From: Candidatus Electrothrix sp. GW3-4
Lineage (GTDB): Bacteria; Desulfobacterota; Desulfobulbia; Desulfobulbales; Desulfobulbaceae
Assembly (NCBI RefSeq): GCF_037902255.1
Contig: NZ_CP147990.1
Span: forward strand, 1,110,001 to 1,142,000
Reading direction: 5' to 3'
DNA: 32,000 bases
Shown here: positions 9,249-18,698 of the stretch, piece after piece
How the letters are laid out: each line of letters opens with the position of its first letter
How positions within the stretch are numbered: position 1 is the first letter of the stretch
The notes under the pieces: generated by a model
What the model was told of the DNA's origin: nothing
What the model saw: only the letters and a program-made list of their open reading frames with translations
Database searches by the model: none
Made by a program: the position numbers and the translations under genes

Positions 9249-10892
9249 ATGGAAAACAACACAACGATTTTACCACAGGAATGCTCAAGTAAACTCCTCA
9301 ATCACTTGGGCCTAGTCGCGGGTATGTATGACGAACTCGGACTTGGGGAGCTGATTGACAGTCTGATTCATCAGGATAAAGAAAAGCGAGTTGTCTCAGT
9401 TGGTCAGGCAGTTAAGGCAATGGTTCTTAACGGGTTGGGCTTTGCGAATCGGGCATTGTATCTGACCCCGCATTTTTTCCAGGATAAACCGGTAGATCGA
9501 CTCATCGGAGAAGGCATTGAGGCCCAGCACCTGAACGATACTGTTTTGGGCCGGGCCTTAGAAGTGATTTACGAGCATAATCCCGAAGAGTTATATTCGC
9601 AGCTTGCAGCTAGGGCAATTGGTCGTCTAGGGCTGCTGGCACGTTTTGGTCACTTGGATTCAACGAGTTTTCATACCGACGGTCGCTATCCAGCCAACGG
9701 ATCAGAAGAGGAAGAAGGTGTTATTCGGATCACAAAAGGCTACAGCCGTGATCATCGTCCGGATCTGAACCAGATCGTGTTGCAGCTCATTTGCGAACGA
9801 CAGGCTGGCATCCCGCTTCTGATGAAGCCGTTAAGTGGTAACAGTAGCGATAAAACAGATTTTCGGGAAACAGTGCAAGCGCATATTGATCAGATGAAAA
9901 ACGATTTCAGCCTGGAATATCTGGTTGCGGATAGTGCGCTCTATACAGCGCAAACATTAAAAGAACTGAGCATGATATTGTGGATTTCCCGTGTACCGGA
10001 GACATTGAATCTGTCCCAGGAGATCATCCATGAAGTAGCTTCAAATCTGATGCAGGATCCTGAAAAAGCAGCATCTCGCAGTCTCGGGGTAGTTTATGGC
10101 GATGTCAGGCAGCGCTGGTTGGTTGTCTATTCGCCTGAAGCATATCAACGGGGACGCAAGACCGTAAACAAAAAATGCCTCAAGCTGAGCACAAATGAAT
10201 CCAAGCAATTCGATAAATTGTGCAAACAGGATTTTGCCTGCGAGGCCGATGCATTGAAAGCACTGTCCCGTTTTGAAAAAAAGCTGAAAATACTCTCAAT
10301 TCATGACGCTCGTGTTGTTGCTTTACCTCGCCATAAGGGCAAAGGACGGCCAGCCAAGGGCAAGAAACCGGACTTTTATGTTTACCGCATTGAAGGCAAC
10401 CCAGCCTCCCTGCTTCAGGAGAGAACCCGATTGTTGGAACGAAAAAGCTGTTTTATTCTTGCAACGAATCAGTTGGACTGCGAAGAATTGTCCGACGAGG
10501 AACTCTTGAAAGTGTACAAAGATCAGCAAAAGGTTGAACGGGGTTTTCGTTTCCTCAAAGATCCTATGTTTATGGCTTCAACGCTTTTTTTAAAATCCCG
10601 AAAACGTATCATGGCCCTGATGATGGTTATGACGCTTTGCCTCCTGGTGTACGCCGCGTTGGAATATCGCATCAGACAAGCGCTCGAAATAAATAATGAA
10701 ACATTTCCCAACCAGAAAGGAAAACCTGCCCCTAACCCTACTGCTCGTTGGGTATTTCAGTTTTTTTCAGGAATTCACCTGCTGCTTGTCGGCGGAATGC
10801 AACAGCTGGTCCTGAATTTAAATGAACATCATTTGCGTCTGCTGAAGCTGTTGGGTGGGAGATATGAAAAATTATATTCTGGAAATGGATAG
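9249..10892 (+). CDS. IS1634-family DDE transposase
   Basis: 547-aa ORF. N-terminal LNHLGLVAGMYDELGLGELID motif and C-terminal YKDQQKVERGFRFLK motif are typical of this family (recall). Confidence 0.85.
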   Translation: MENNTTILPQECSSKLLNHLGLVAGMYDELGLGELIDSLIHQDKEKRVVSVGQAVKAMVLNGLGFANRALYLTPHFFQDKPVDRLIGEGIEAQHLNDTVLGRALEVIYEHNPEELYSQLAARAIGRLGLLARFGHLDSTSFHTDGRYPANGSEEEEGVIRITKGYSRDHRPDLNQIVLQLICERQAGIPLLMKPLSGNSSDKTDFRETVQAHIDQMKNDFSLEYLVADSALYTAQTLKELSMILWISRVPETLNLSQEIIHEVASNLMQDPEKAASRSLGVVYGDVRQRWLVVYSPEAYQRGRKTVNKKCLKLSTNESKQFDKLCKQDFACEADALKALSRFEKKLKILSIHDARVVALPRHKGKGRPAKGKKPDFYVYRIEGNPASLLQERTRLLERKSCFILATNQLDCEELSDEELLKVYKDQQKVERGFRFLKDPMFMASTLFLKSRKRIMALMMVMTLCLLVYAALEYRIRQALEINNETFPNQKGKPAPNPTARWVFQFFSGIHLLLVGGMQQLVLNLNEHHLRLLKLLGGRYEKLYSGNG

Positions 10893-10906
10893 AGGGTATG
10901 CTGAAT

Positions 10907-12771
10907 AAGGGTGTTGAAAAGTACCCCTGCATAGAGCAATTTCAGTTGTCCGAGATGCTCAATAAGCATTTTTTTCGTTTGTTAGTGTCACTGCAATCTG
11001 ATGTCGAGCACTTTCCAGGCGGAATTCAACCTTTTTCAAAAAGCCACTATGGGCAAGGCTCTATTTTTTGGACAAGCCGACTGTCAGAAACAGCAAAAAT
11101 GAACAAACGGGTATTTTTGTAGCTGTAATAATTTAGATTGTTGTTTTGGTCCTTCTGCTATGCTGCCATTTTGAAGAGTGGCAGTTGCGGTGACTTTTTA
11201 GCAGGTATTTTTTTGCGGGTTCCTATCATTTTCAACAATAACAAGGAAATACTGCTGAGCGTACATCGAGCTGTGATCGCGGACTGACCGCGAACCCGAA
11301 CGGTTTCAAGGCCGGTTTGATGTTTTAACAGGTTGAAAGGTCGTTCAGAATTTTTGCGAATATCGTGTGCCTCCTGTATCTGCTCGACATGGTAAGGTAT
11401 TCGCTGGAAAAAGCCTCTGTCTAACGGTATGCATCGACATTGCGGACAGCTTCCTTTGAGAAGACATTCACCTGTATTTGCAGCACATTTATACTCGTGA
11501 TGATTCCCTTCGACGCCTGCATACTCCATAGGAACAGAACATTCATCATGGCAGAAAACAGTGCCTTTGACAGCATCAACATTATCCGGTGTAGATACTG
11601 TAGAACAGGGTGGAGTTGTCACGTATACACCTGTTTTATTGTACAATGATCCGTCATTGTCATGATAGGCGGTATCGGCGGTGATGAGTTTCATCTTAAC
11701 CCCCATAGCCTGCGCCACATCGACCAAAAGCGAAAGAAAGTGACTATCATGGTGATTTGCCGGTGCAAGCAAAGATATGATCGGAAAACTATGATCAGTT
11801 TCAGCGTCAATTGCAGTTAACGTATGCAGACGATAGCCGACTACGTACACAGATTTGTCACGCTTGTTGCGTCGTTTTCCACAGTCGCTGTCGAGATCAT
11901 TGTAAATGCGTATATTTTGACCATTGATATTCAATGAAGCCAGGGGGATTTTACATTCATTGGCCAGTTCGGTAGAGTCCACTCCGTGCAGGATATGGTC
12001 ACCAAGCATCCCGGACTGCAAAAAATGATGCAAAATATAAACCGTAATATTAATCTGTTGGACAAATGTGAGGGAATTACGGAATTTGCTAAGCTGAGTA
12101 TGGTCGATCATTGTTTTTTCACGCAATGACAATCCGATAAAGGCGCGATTCTGTTTGCGGTCAAGGCCGAGGTATTCTTCATCACAGAATTTTCGGTAGC
12201 TGATTTCTGGATACTTGATCGTCTTGAGCAGTTCGGCACGGAACATGTTGTGAGGGAAAAAGTCCCGCATAGCAGGACTATAGCCGTCATAAGCTAACAG
12301 GCGATTGATAATTTCGTTGTCAAGCAGCTGGTCGATAAACTGGAGCTCTTCATCTTTGATATATTTGGCGAAACGCCTTTCGCCAAAAAGCTTTATGATA
12401 CTGTTATTTTTTGATTCATTGACAATATCGGCCATCTGATCAAGGCTGATAATCCCCTTTGTCGGAACCTGTTGCTCCACGCCGAGCAGCTGATCTGGGG
12501 TGGCTGAAATATCCTGCTTGAAATCATACTCGCCCGCGACCTGCGCGAGGACTTTTCGAGAGATTTCCTTTTTGGTCTTACGGTTCAGCCGGTTCTAATT
12601 AGGATAGTTTTCCTTAAGCTCTTTTTGTACGAGACGTTTGATATTTTTATTATGCATAATGCCTGAAATGGGTAACGAATTAACATTATTAACTTTTTGT
12701 CATTATACAGGGTTTTTTCGACTTAAGCAACTGTTTTTGTGTAATATTGAAGTGTTCTTTTCAACACCCTT
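10907..12771 (-). mobile_element. Insertion sequence IS-B (IS4/IS5-superfamily), inserted 5 nt from the right end of IS-A
   Basis: Perfect 15-bp terminal inverted repeats AAGGGTGTTGAAAAG. 5-bp direct repeat TGAAT at 10902-10906 and 12772-12776. Length 1865 bp. Confidence 0.85.
11158..12480 (-). CDS. DDE transposase of IS-B, possibly N-terminally truncated
   Basis: 440-aa ORF from a GTG start. The same frame continues upstream to ATG 12657 but is broken by an in-frame TAG at 12595-12597. C-terminal Cys-rich region (CxxC). Family not resolved. Confidence 0.7.
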   Translation of the reverse strand: MEQQVPTKGIISLDQMADIVNESKNNSIIKLFGERRFAKYIKDEELQFIDQLLDNEIINRLLAYDGYSPAMRDFFPHNMFRAELLKTIKYPEISYRKFCDEEYLGLDRKQNRAFIGLSLREKTMIDHTQLSKFRNSLTFVQQINITVYILHHFLQSGMLGDHILHGVDSTELANECKIPLASLNINGQNIRIYNDLDSDCGKRRNKRDKSVYVVGYRLHTLTAIDAETDHSFPIISLLAPANHHDSHFLSLLVDVAQAMGVKMKLITADTAYHDNDGSLYNKTGVYVTTPPCSTVSTPDNVDAVKGTVFCHDECSVPMEYAGVEGNHHEYKCAANTGECLLKGSCPQCRCIPLDRGFFQRIPYHVEQIQEAHDIRKNSERPFNLLKHQTGLETVRVRGQSAITARCTLSSISLLLLKMIGTRKKIPAKKSPQLPLFKMAA

Positions 12772-13880
12772 TGAATGTGGGTTATGAGAACGGCAATTGG
12801 AGGGTTCGCAAAGATTGCGCTCGATTGGGAGAGGTTTATGCCCTTCAGTTGATTGCCGAGCTGGTTAGCGGGAATAAACATAAACAGAATTATTATACTC
12901 CCCATTCGCTCATTTTAAATTTGGAAAAATTAATTCTGAATCGGGCTTGTAAAATTTCAAACAGACCCTATTTTGGTATGAGATTGAGTTGAAACTCCTT
13001 TTTCTATAATCATAAATGACACTGAAATGATAGCGAATTTGACATCAGAAGAGCAAGGCGTTTTCGACAAAGACAAACTTCAAATCATCACAGAGCGAGT
13101 GGATGATATCCCTCTGCTTATAGCACAAATGATCAGGATGGGCCTTCGGGAAATCATCGACAGGCATATTCCTCAACATGGAAATCAGAGACAACTCAGC
13201 TGGGGATGGACCACCGTCATATGGATGGCCCATATCATAACTGAAGGGGATCATCGCAAAGTCTCGATGAGTGAGTATGTCCAGGAAATGCAACACACAT
13301 TGAGCTTTTTGGCGGATCAGCCGGTAGTGCCACTAGATTTCAGTGATGACCGTTTGGCCCATCTTCTCAGACATTTAAGCAATAACACATGCTGGTCAAA
13401 GATAGAAGCGGATCTCAATCAACAGACGATAGAGGTATATAATCTGGAGCCGGAAACAATCCGATGTGATGCAACTACAGTTTCTGCAGATCAAGAAATC
13501 ACGGAAGATGGATTGGTACAATTCGGTCACAGCAAAGACAATGCCAAGTTACCACAAATAAAATTGATGAGTGCTGCTCTGGATCCTCTGGGAATGCCAT
13601 TGGCTTCTGATGTTGTTTCCGGTGAAAAGGCAGACGACGGTCTCTATATTCCCTTGATAGCCCGGGTCAATGAGAGCCTTGAAAAATCCGGATTATTGTT
13701 CTCAGGTGATTGCAAAATGAGTGCATTGGAGACTCGGGCTTACTTGGTCTCTTCCAGGCAGCACTATTTGTGCCCCTTGCCGTTGACCGGTAAAACTTCT
13801 CATGAAATAACTGATTGGATTAATACAGGTATTGCCAAAGATCAAGAAGATGATTTGGTCTCTGTTTTCAGAGAAAATTA

Positions 13881-15538
13881 GATTGCCCTTAAAAAGCCTC
13901 AGTGCGCTGATTTTAAATGAAAAAGTTGTAAAAATATTGTAAAATATGCATGTTTTTGACGTTCACCCCCTCATAAGGCATGCACATGATCAGGTACACC
14001 AGTGACAGACAGCTTACACTTGAAGGATTCAGCCTTCCGTTTGGAGGTAAACTGAACCCTGAAAACAGATGGATCAAATGGCATAAAGTTATTCCGTGGG
14101 ATGAGTTCGCCATCAGATATTATCGAACTTTGGACCCGCATCAAGGACGACCAGCCAAAGATGCCAGATTGGTGATCGGCGCGTTAATCATTAAGCACAA
14201 GTTGACGCTCAGTGATGAAGAAACCGTACTTCAGATCCAGGAGAATCCCTATCTTCAATATTTTGTTGGATTTTCTTGTTTTCAAGACAAGCGACCTCTA
14301 GCTCCCAGCCTGTTTGTTGAAATTCGCAAGCGCATGGGAAAAGATGTCTTTTCTGCTTTTGAAGAAGTGATTTTGGAAAAACTTGCTCTCTCAAAGAAAA
14401 GTACGGCAAATGAAGACGAAAAAGAGGATGAGAGTCAGGAAGAGCCCGTTGAAAATAAGGGAAAAATGCTTGTCGATGCAACGGTTGCTGAGCAAGCGAT
14501 TCGTTACCCGACTGATCTGAGTTTACTCAACGAAGCTCGTGAGATTTCCGAGCAGCTGATTGATGATCTGTACAAACAGAGTGACTACGCCAAAAAGCCC
14601 AGAACATATCGGAGACTTGCCCGTAAAAACTACCTGAATCTGGCTAAGAAAAAGAAACCAGGCCGAAAAATTCTGCGGCGCGGACTTCGGCAGCAATTAC
14701 AGTACATCCGAAGAAATCTGCGATATATTGATGAGTTGCTTGACAATGTTGAAACGGCACCTTTTCCACTTCCCCATCAGCAACAACGACAGTATTGGAT
14801 CATTCAGCATGTGTATCGCCAGCAGGATGAGATGTATAAAAAACGAAAACGACGCTGCGATGACCGAATTGTTTCCATTGCCCAACCTCATGTACGACCG
14901 ATAGTTCGTGGGAAAGCAGGTAAAAATGTGGAGTTCGGTGCCAAACTCAGCGTGAGCATGGTCGATGGTTTGGCTTTTGTCGATCATATTGGTTGGGATG
15001 CCTTCAACGAAGGCACGGATTTGCGTGAGCAAGTGGAGAGTTACAAGCGCCGGAATGGTTACTATCCGGCAGTCGTACTGGCTGATCAGATTTACGGAAC
15101 AAGAGAAAACCGTAAATATCTCAAAGAGAAAGGTATTCGATTTGGTGGTAAACGATTGGGCAGGTCCCCGAAAGAGACAGAAGAAAACAAAGAACGTCTT
15201 CGGGAACTGAAAGCACAACGAATTCGGGATAGTCGAGAACGGATCCCCATTGAGGGGAAATTTGGCCAAGGAAAAAACGGCTACCGACTCAACTACATCC
15301 GGGCAAAACTTCAGAGAACCTCTGAAGCATGGATCAACTGTATCTTCCTGGTCATGAATCTGATGGTTCTGCTCAGGAAGTTGCAGGAACAGCTTGAAAA
15401 TTTATATCTTTCACGGTTTTTACTTTTACGCAGCCAGCTGAATCATATTATCGCTCGATTTTTGGCGTTCTTTGAACAAATGCCAAGGCAAGTCTTGCAG
15501 TATTGCCTGTATGAGAGGTTAGCTTTTTGAGGATGCTC
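13881..15538 (+). mobile_element. IS5/IS1182-type insertion sequence (IS-D) nested in the IS-C transposase gene
   Basis: Imperfect terminal repeats GAnnnnCCTnAAAAAGC (12 of 18 match). Direct repeat AAATTA at 13875-13880 and 15539-15544. Excision restores the IS-C reading frame. Confidence 0.7.
13980..15530 (+). CDS. IS5/IS1182-type DDE transposase
   Basis: 516-aa intact ORF. N-terminal LEGFSLPFGGKLNPENRWIKWHKVIPWDE motif is typical of this transposase type (recall). Confidence 0.85.
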   Translation: MHMIRYTSDRQLTLEGFSLPFGGKLNPENRWIKWHKVIPWDEFAIRYYRTLDPHQGRPAKDARLVIGALIIKHKLTLSDEETVLQIQENPYLQYFVGFSCFQDKRPLAPSLFVEIRKRMGKDVFSAFEEVILEKLALSKKSTANEDEKEDESQEEPVENKGKMLVDATVAEQAIRYPTDLSLLNEAREISEQLIDDLYKQSDYAKKPRTYRRLARKNYLNLAKKKKPGRKILRRGLRQQLQYIRRNLRYIDELLDNVETAPFPLPHQQQRQYWIIQHVYRQQDEMYKKRKRRCDDRIVSIAQPHVRPIVRGKAGKNVEFGAKLSVSMVDGLAFVDHIGWDAFNEGTDLREQVESYKRRNGYYPAVVLADQIYGTRENRKYLKEKGIRFGGKRLGRSPKETEENKERLRELKAQRIRDSRERIPIEGKFGQGKNGYRLNYIRAKLQRTSEAWINCIFLVMNLMVLLRKLQEQLENLYLSRFLLLRSQLNHIIARFLAFFEQMPRQVLQYCLYERLAF

Positions 15539-16772
15539 AAATTATAAGGGCGAATTGATTTTTGCAGCTAAAGGCTATGAGTTTAATCGTACTCAGGTTT
15601 TTGAAAAAGACGTCGAAAAAATGGAATGGGATGAACGTGTTTTGGTTGTCCATTCCCCTGCCCATGCCAGGCAACAAACTGCGGGACTTGAGGCTCGACT
15701 GGTAAAAGCCCAAGAAAAAATTGAAGCATTGACTCCTCCGCGAGGGCGAGGCAGGCGTCAGATAAGCGATGAAGCAGAACTGCTTGCGGCTGTCACTAAA
15801 ATAACAGAAGCTCAAAGGGTTGATGGGTTACTGAACATTCAATACGAAAAACAGATCGAGCAGAAAACAAAATATGTTGGCAGAGGCAGGGGGCAGCCAA
15901 TAGAGAAAAAGTCACTGTCGAAACAGTCCGTTATCAAATCACCTCTATTGAAAAGAACCAAGAGGCCATTGCAGAGCAAAGCACTCGGTTTGGCTGGAAA
16001 GCATTTGTGACTGAGCTCGCTGCGGATAAACTGTCATTGCACGATGCTGTACTGTCATACCGAAATGAATATCGGGTTGAATGCATTTTCGGAAGACTAA
16101 AAAGTCGACTCAATATCGCTCCGTTATTTGTTCGAAAAGACGATCAAATTCAAGGTATGACCTACTTGTTGACCTTGTGTGTCAGGGTTATGACGTTGAT
16201 AGAGTTTGTTGTTCGGCGTTCATTGAAGGAAGAAAAAACCGGGCTGTCTGGTATGCATCCTGAGAACCGAAAAAAAATTACTGATAAACCGTCCGCAGAG
16301 AGGATTCTGAAGGCTTTTTCAAGAATTAATCTCACCATTATTTTTGATCAAGCAAGGAATGTTGTTGTTCGCTCACTAAAACCATTGTCGAATTTACAAA
16401 TAGAAATAATACAAAGGCTAGAGTTGGATACATTTGTTTATTATGGTCTTGAAAATTAAAAATACTCTATTTCAAATGAGCGAATGGGGAGATTATAGTT
16501 ATGAAATTGATCTTATCCTGAAAGATGGCACCCGGATTAATGCGATGGGTCACGGCAAAAAAAGTAAGATTCAGGAAGACGCAAAGATCTTGGCTGAATT
16601 TCTTGGCAAGCCGCTCTGGGATGCCTCAGAGATGAAGATTCTTGATAAAAAAATGTTCCAGGATATTTGTAAGCGAGCCAAGGAGTATCCTGAGTTGCTG
16701 GATGCGCAAACAAAGAGAAAGTTGGAGGAGTTGAGAGAGAGATTTTGATATAATGTTCCCTTTTTGAAAACG

Positions 16773-17237
16773 TCATTCTCCTGCCTGTTCGAGAAGATAG
16801 TCCAGAAGCCTCTCGCTAAATCTGAAGTTTGTCTCTCTGATTTTGAGGACAACAGGACGAAGTGCTGGTAATATCCCGGCCCGTTTCGCCTGCAGGAGGA
16901 GGCCGATGGTTCCGGAATATGTTAGATGAAGTCGTTCCGCAATTTTTCTGCCTTTGAGATCGTCAATGATCAGGATGGACCGATCAGTTTCCAGAGATAA
17001 GGCGATGGCACTTGCTTCACCGGCATCAAGGTCCATTTCCAGTAAATTCTGGTACTGCGTGTTCTCAGGTGCTTTGATCTCTATCCAGTCCGGCAGGTCT
17101 TCACCGTATTCCTCTTTTATGGTCGGAGTGATATAAACTTTTTCGCAAAGACGGTGCAACACGTCAATTTCATCAATCTTGCCAAGAAGAATCAGACAGC
17201 TGGTGTCGGAAATGATAATTTCAGAACTGTGCTGCAT
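16773..17237 (-). CDS. DUF3368-type PIN-like nuclease (putative TA toxin)
   Basis: 154-aa ORF. Motifs IISDTSCLILL and AGEASAIALS..IIDDLKGR resemble PIN-like DUF3368. Overlaps the upstream UPF0175 gene by 17 nt. Confidence 0.75.
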   Translation of the reverse strand: MQHSSEIIISDTSCLILLGKIDEIDVLHRLCEKVYITPTIKEEYGEDLPDWIEIKAPENTQYQNLLEMDLDAGEASAIALSLETDRSILIIDDLKGRKIAERLHLTYSGTIGLLLQAKRAGILPALRPVVLKIRETNFRFSERLLDYLLEQAGE

Positions 17238-17448
17238 CGCGCAGGATATCCGCTGGAGGGTAATTGATCAGCGAGACATTATAATCCGCGAGAATCTCTG
17301 AAAAGGCCCTTTTGGAAAGCCCGGCAAGTTCAGCAGCCTGGCCCAGGGACAGTTTTCCAGCCTCATACATCTTTGCAGCCAGAAACCTTCTGGTCTCTCG
17401 TACATTGAGCTGTAGACGCTCCGGTATGGTTATTGTGCATTGTGGCAT
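17221..17448 (-). CDS. UPF0175-family antitoxin
   Basis: 75-aa ORF with the motif YEAGKLSLGQAAELAGLSKRAFSEIL, typical of UPF0175 partners of DUF3368. Confidence 0.75.
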   Translation of the reverse strand: MPQCTITIPERLQLNVRETRRFLAAKMYEAGKLSLGQAAELAGLSKRAFSEILADYNVSLINYPPADILRDAAQF

Positions 17449-17471
17449 TATGTGCTCTCCTTGATGAATTT

Positions 17472-17550
17472 CTGATTGCTGAACAGATTGATGGGGTGTT
17501 CCTGAAACGGCTTAATAGGATATTACCTGATGCGGGAAAGTGGGGCAAGG
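17472..17550 (+). repeat. Shared ~79-bp promoter block (module M2), copy 1
   Basis: ctgattgctgaacagaTTGATGg..cTTAATAggATATTAcctgatgcgg..gtggggcaagg. Near-identical to 18407-18483. Contains promoter-like hexamers on both strands. Confidence 0.7.
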
Positions 17551-17650
17551 CGAATGCGGAAGCGGGGCAAGGTGTGGTCCCGTACCGGGGATAATGCATG
17601 GTATCTACCCTGCAAGGCAGGGTAAACATTTTGCAATATATCACCCCTTA

Positions 17651-18034
17651 TCATTCCGCAAAATAGGTCTTCACAATTTCGTCCAGCACATCCTGTAGAT
17701 GAGGAGTTGTCGAGGGAAGCGTCTCTTCGGGTGTATGCTTATGATCGTGAAAACCAAGCGCAGGTTTATGAGCGGCATTGTCATACCGAAAACGTAACTG
17801 TGTCTGGGCATCCTGATAGTGAAACGAATATGTCTTCTTGTCGAGACGGAAGCGGAGATCAAGATATTCTTTGAAAAAGAGTGTTGATCCGTCAAGAAAG
17901 ACCAGTGCACCTTTTACGAATCCTATCTTCTCTGTCCGAATGTCTGTCATCACCTCGGATGAGATGATCAGTCCGGTTCCGGCAGAGTCTGCAATAGTAT
18001 TGTTGATGTCAGTCAGATACTCTTTGAGTAACAT
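17651..18034 (-). CDS. DUF6516-like protein (family annotated in databases as the TumE-type TA toxin)
   Basis: 127-aa ORF. Motif YSFHYQD..RFRYDNAAHKPALGFHDHKH. Family assignment from recall. Confidence 0.6.
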   Translation of the reverse strand: MLLKEYLTDINNTIADSAGTGLIISSEVMTDIRTEKIGFVKGALVFLDGSTLFFKEYLDLRFRLDKKTYSFHYQDAQTQLRFRYDNAAHKPALGFHDHKHTPEETLPSTTPHLQDVLDEIVKTYFAE

Positions 18035-18314
18035 ATTCGATATTGTTCAGGAGGTGTAATTCTTCCCGGATGGCCTGTCGAAGCTGGAGTTCCCCCATCC
18101 AACTGACATATTCGTCATCGCCGCCGTCCAGGTCTTCTGCGGTACAGTCGGTCATGAACTGTTCTGAAGCAATATGATATTTGGATTCAAATCTTTGAAT
18201 TTCCTGTTCCGTCTTTCGCAGCCCTATTTCAATCCGTTTCACTTTTGCCGCAATGGCTGACTGGATAACGGGAAGCGCATTCTGTTGATCTGATATAATC
18301 TGGAGTTGTACCAT
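18009..18314 (-). CDS. Coiled-coil partner protein of the DUF6516 gene (putative antitoxin)
   Basis: Start set at ATG 18314 (MVQLQIISDQ..), which has AAGGA upstream; the ORF track extends to 18545 through repeat sequence. 101 aa. Overlaps the downstream gene by 26 nt. Confidence 0.55.
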   Translation of the reverse strand: MVQLQIISDQQNALPVIQSAIAAKVKRIEIGLRKTEQEIQRFESKYHIASEQFMTDCTAEDLDGGDDEYVSWMGELQLRQAIREELHLLNNIEYVTQRVSD

Positions 18315-18406
18315 ACTTTTTTCCTTTTCTCTTACTTGTAAATAAAAGCCACGCAGGGTGTGGCTTCGTACCGAAAATGGTGTATGGTATGGCGCACCCT
18401 GCAAGG

Positions 18407-18483
18407 CTGATTGCTGAACAGATTGATGGAGCGTCCCTAAAACGCTTAATAGGATATTACCTGATGCGGGGAAGTGGGGCAAG
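18407..18483 (+). repeat. Shared promoter block (module M3), copy 2, followed by two degenerate 21-bp units (18484-18527)
   Basis: TTGATG at 18423-18428, a 17-nt spacer, then TTAATA at 18446-18451. On the minus strand, TTGCCC-N17-TAATAT overlaps it. Confidence 0.7.
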
Positions 18484-18590
18484 AAAGCAACGTTCCTTTT
18501 CTCCTCGTGCTTCTCCTTTTTTATTATTATGATGGAGGGGCACAAGAAAGAAAGGAGCGGGTATTTGTTTAGTATTAATCACCCTGTTTA

Positions 18591-18698
18591 ATGTTGCAGG
18601 AGATCTGTAAGCGGGCCAAGGAGCATCCTGAGTTGCTGGATGAGCAAACAAAGAGAAAGCTGGAGAAATTGAGGGGGAGGTTTGAGATAATGTCCTAA
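18591..18698 (+). CDS. 35-aa mini-ORF (S-segment copy 3), stop overlapping the next ATG
   Basis: MLQEICKRAKEHPELLDEQTKRKLEKLRGRFEIMS*. TAATG overlap with the 18698 ORF. Homologous to the C terminus of paralog B. Could equally be a gene remnant. Confidence 0.3.
   Translation: MLQEICKRAKEHPELLDEQTKRKLEKLRGRFEIMS

Larger units (their letters stand above)
9162..12781 (+). mobile_element. IS1634-family insertion sequence (IS-A) carrying nested IS-B in its right terminal repeat
   Basis: Terminal inverted repeats CCCACATTC(C/A)GCA. 6-bp direct repeat TTATGA at 9156-9161 and 12782-12787. Native length is about 1750 bp once 10907-12776 is removed. Confidence 0.85.
13027..16459 (+). pseudogene. IS-C transposase, interrupted by IS-D and frameshifted
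   Basis: The N-terminal part 13027-13880 joins 15545 onward in frame (..FRENYKGELIFAAKGYEF..) once IS-D is removed. A further frame change lies near the G5 run at 15889-15893, between ORFs 15555-16010 and 16007-16459. Confidence 0.8.
12898..16491 (+). mobile_element. IS4/IS1634-type insertion sequence (IS-C) carrying nested IS-D
   Basis: Perfect 18-bp terminal inverted repeats CTCCCCATTCGCTCATTT. 6-bp direct repeat ATTATA at 12892-12897 and 16492-16497. Confidence 0.85.
8677..16748 (+). pseudogene. Island paralog B of the two-TM membrane protein, split into three fragments by IS insertions
   Basis: The fragments are 8677-9161, 12788-12897 and 16498-16748. Removing the ISs and one copy of each TSD gives 485+110+251 = 846 nt, i.e. 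281 codons plus stop, in frame. The rebuilt protein is collinear with paralog A. Confidence 0.85.

Noticed and set aside
10898-11122. 74-aa + strand ORF inside IS-B
   Set aside because: It lies in the non-coding end of the IS downstream of the transposase gene, and has no RBS or motif.
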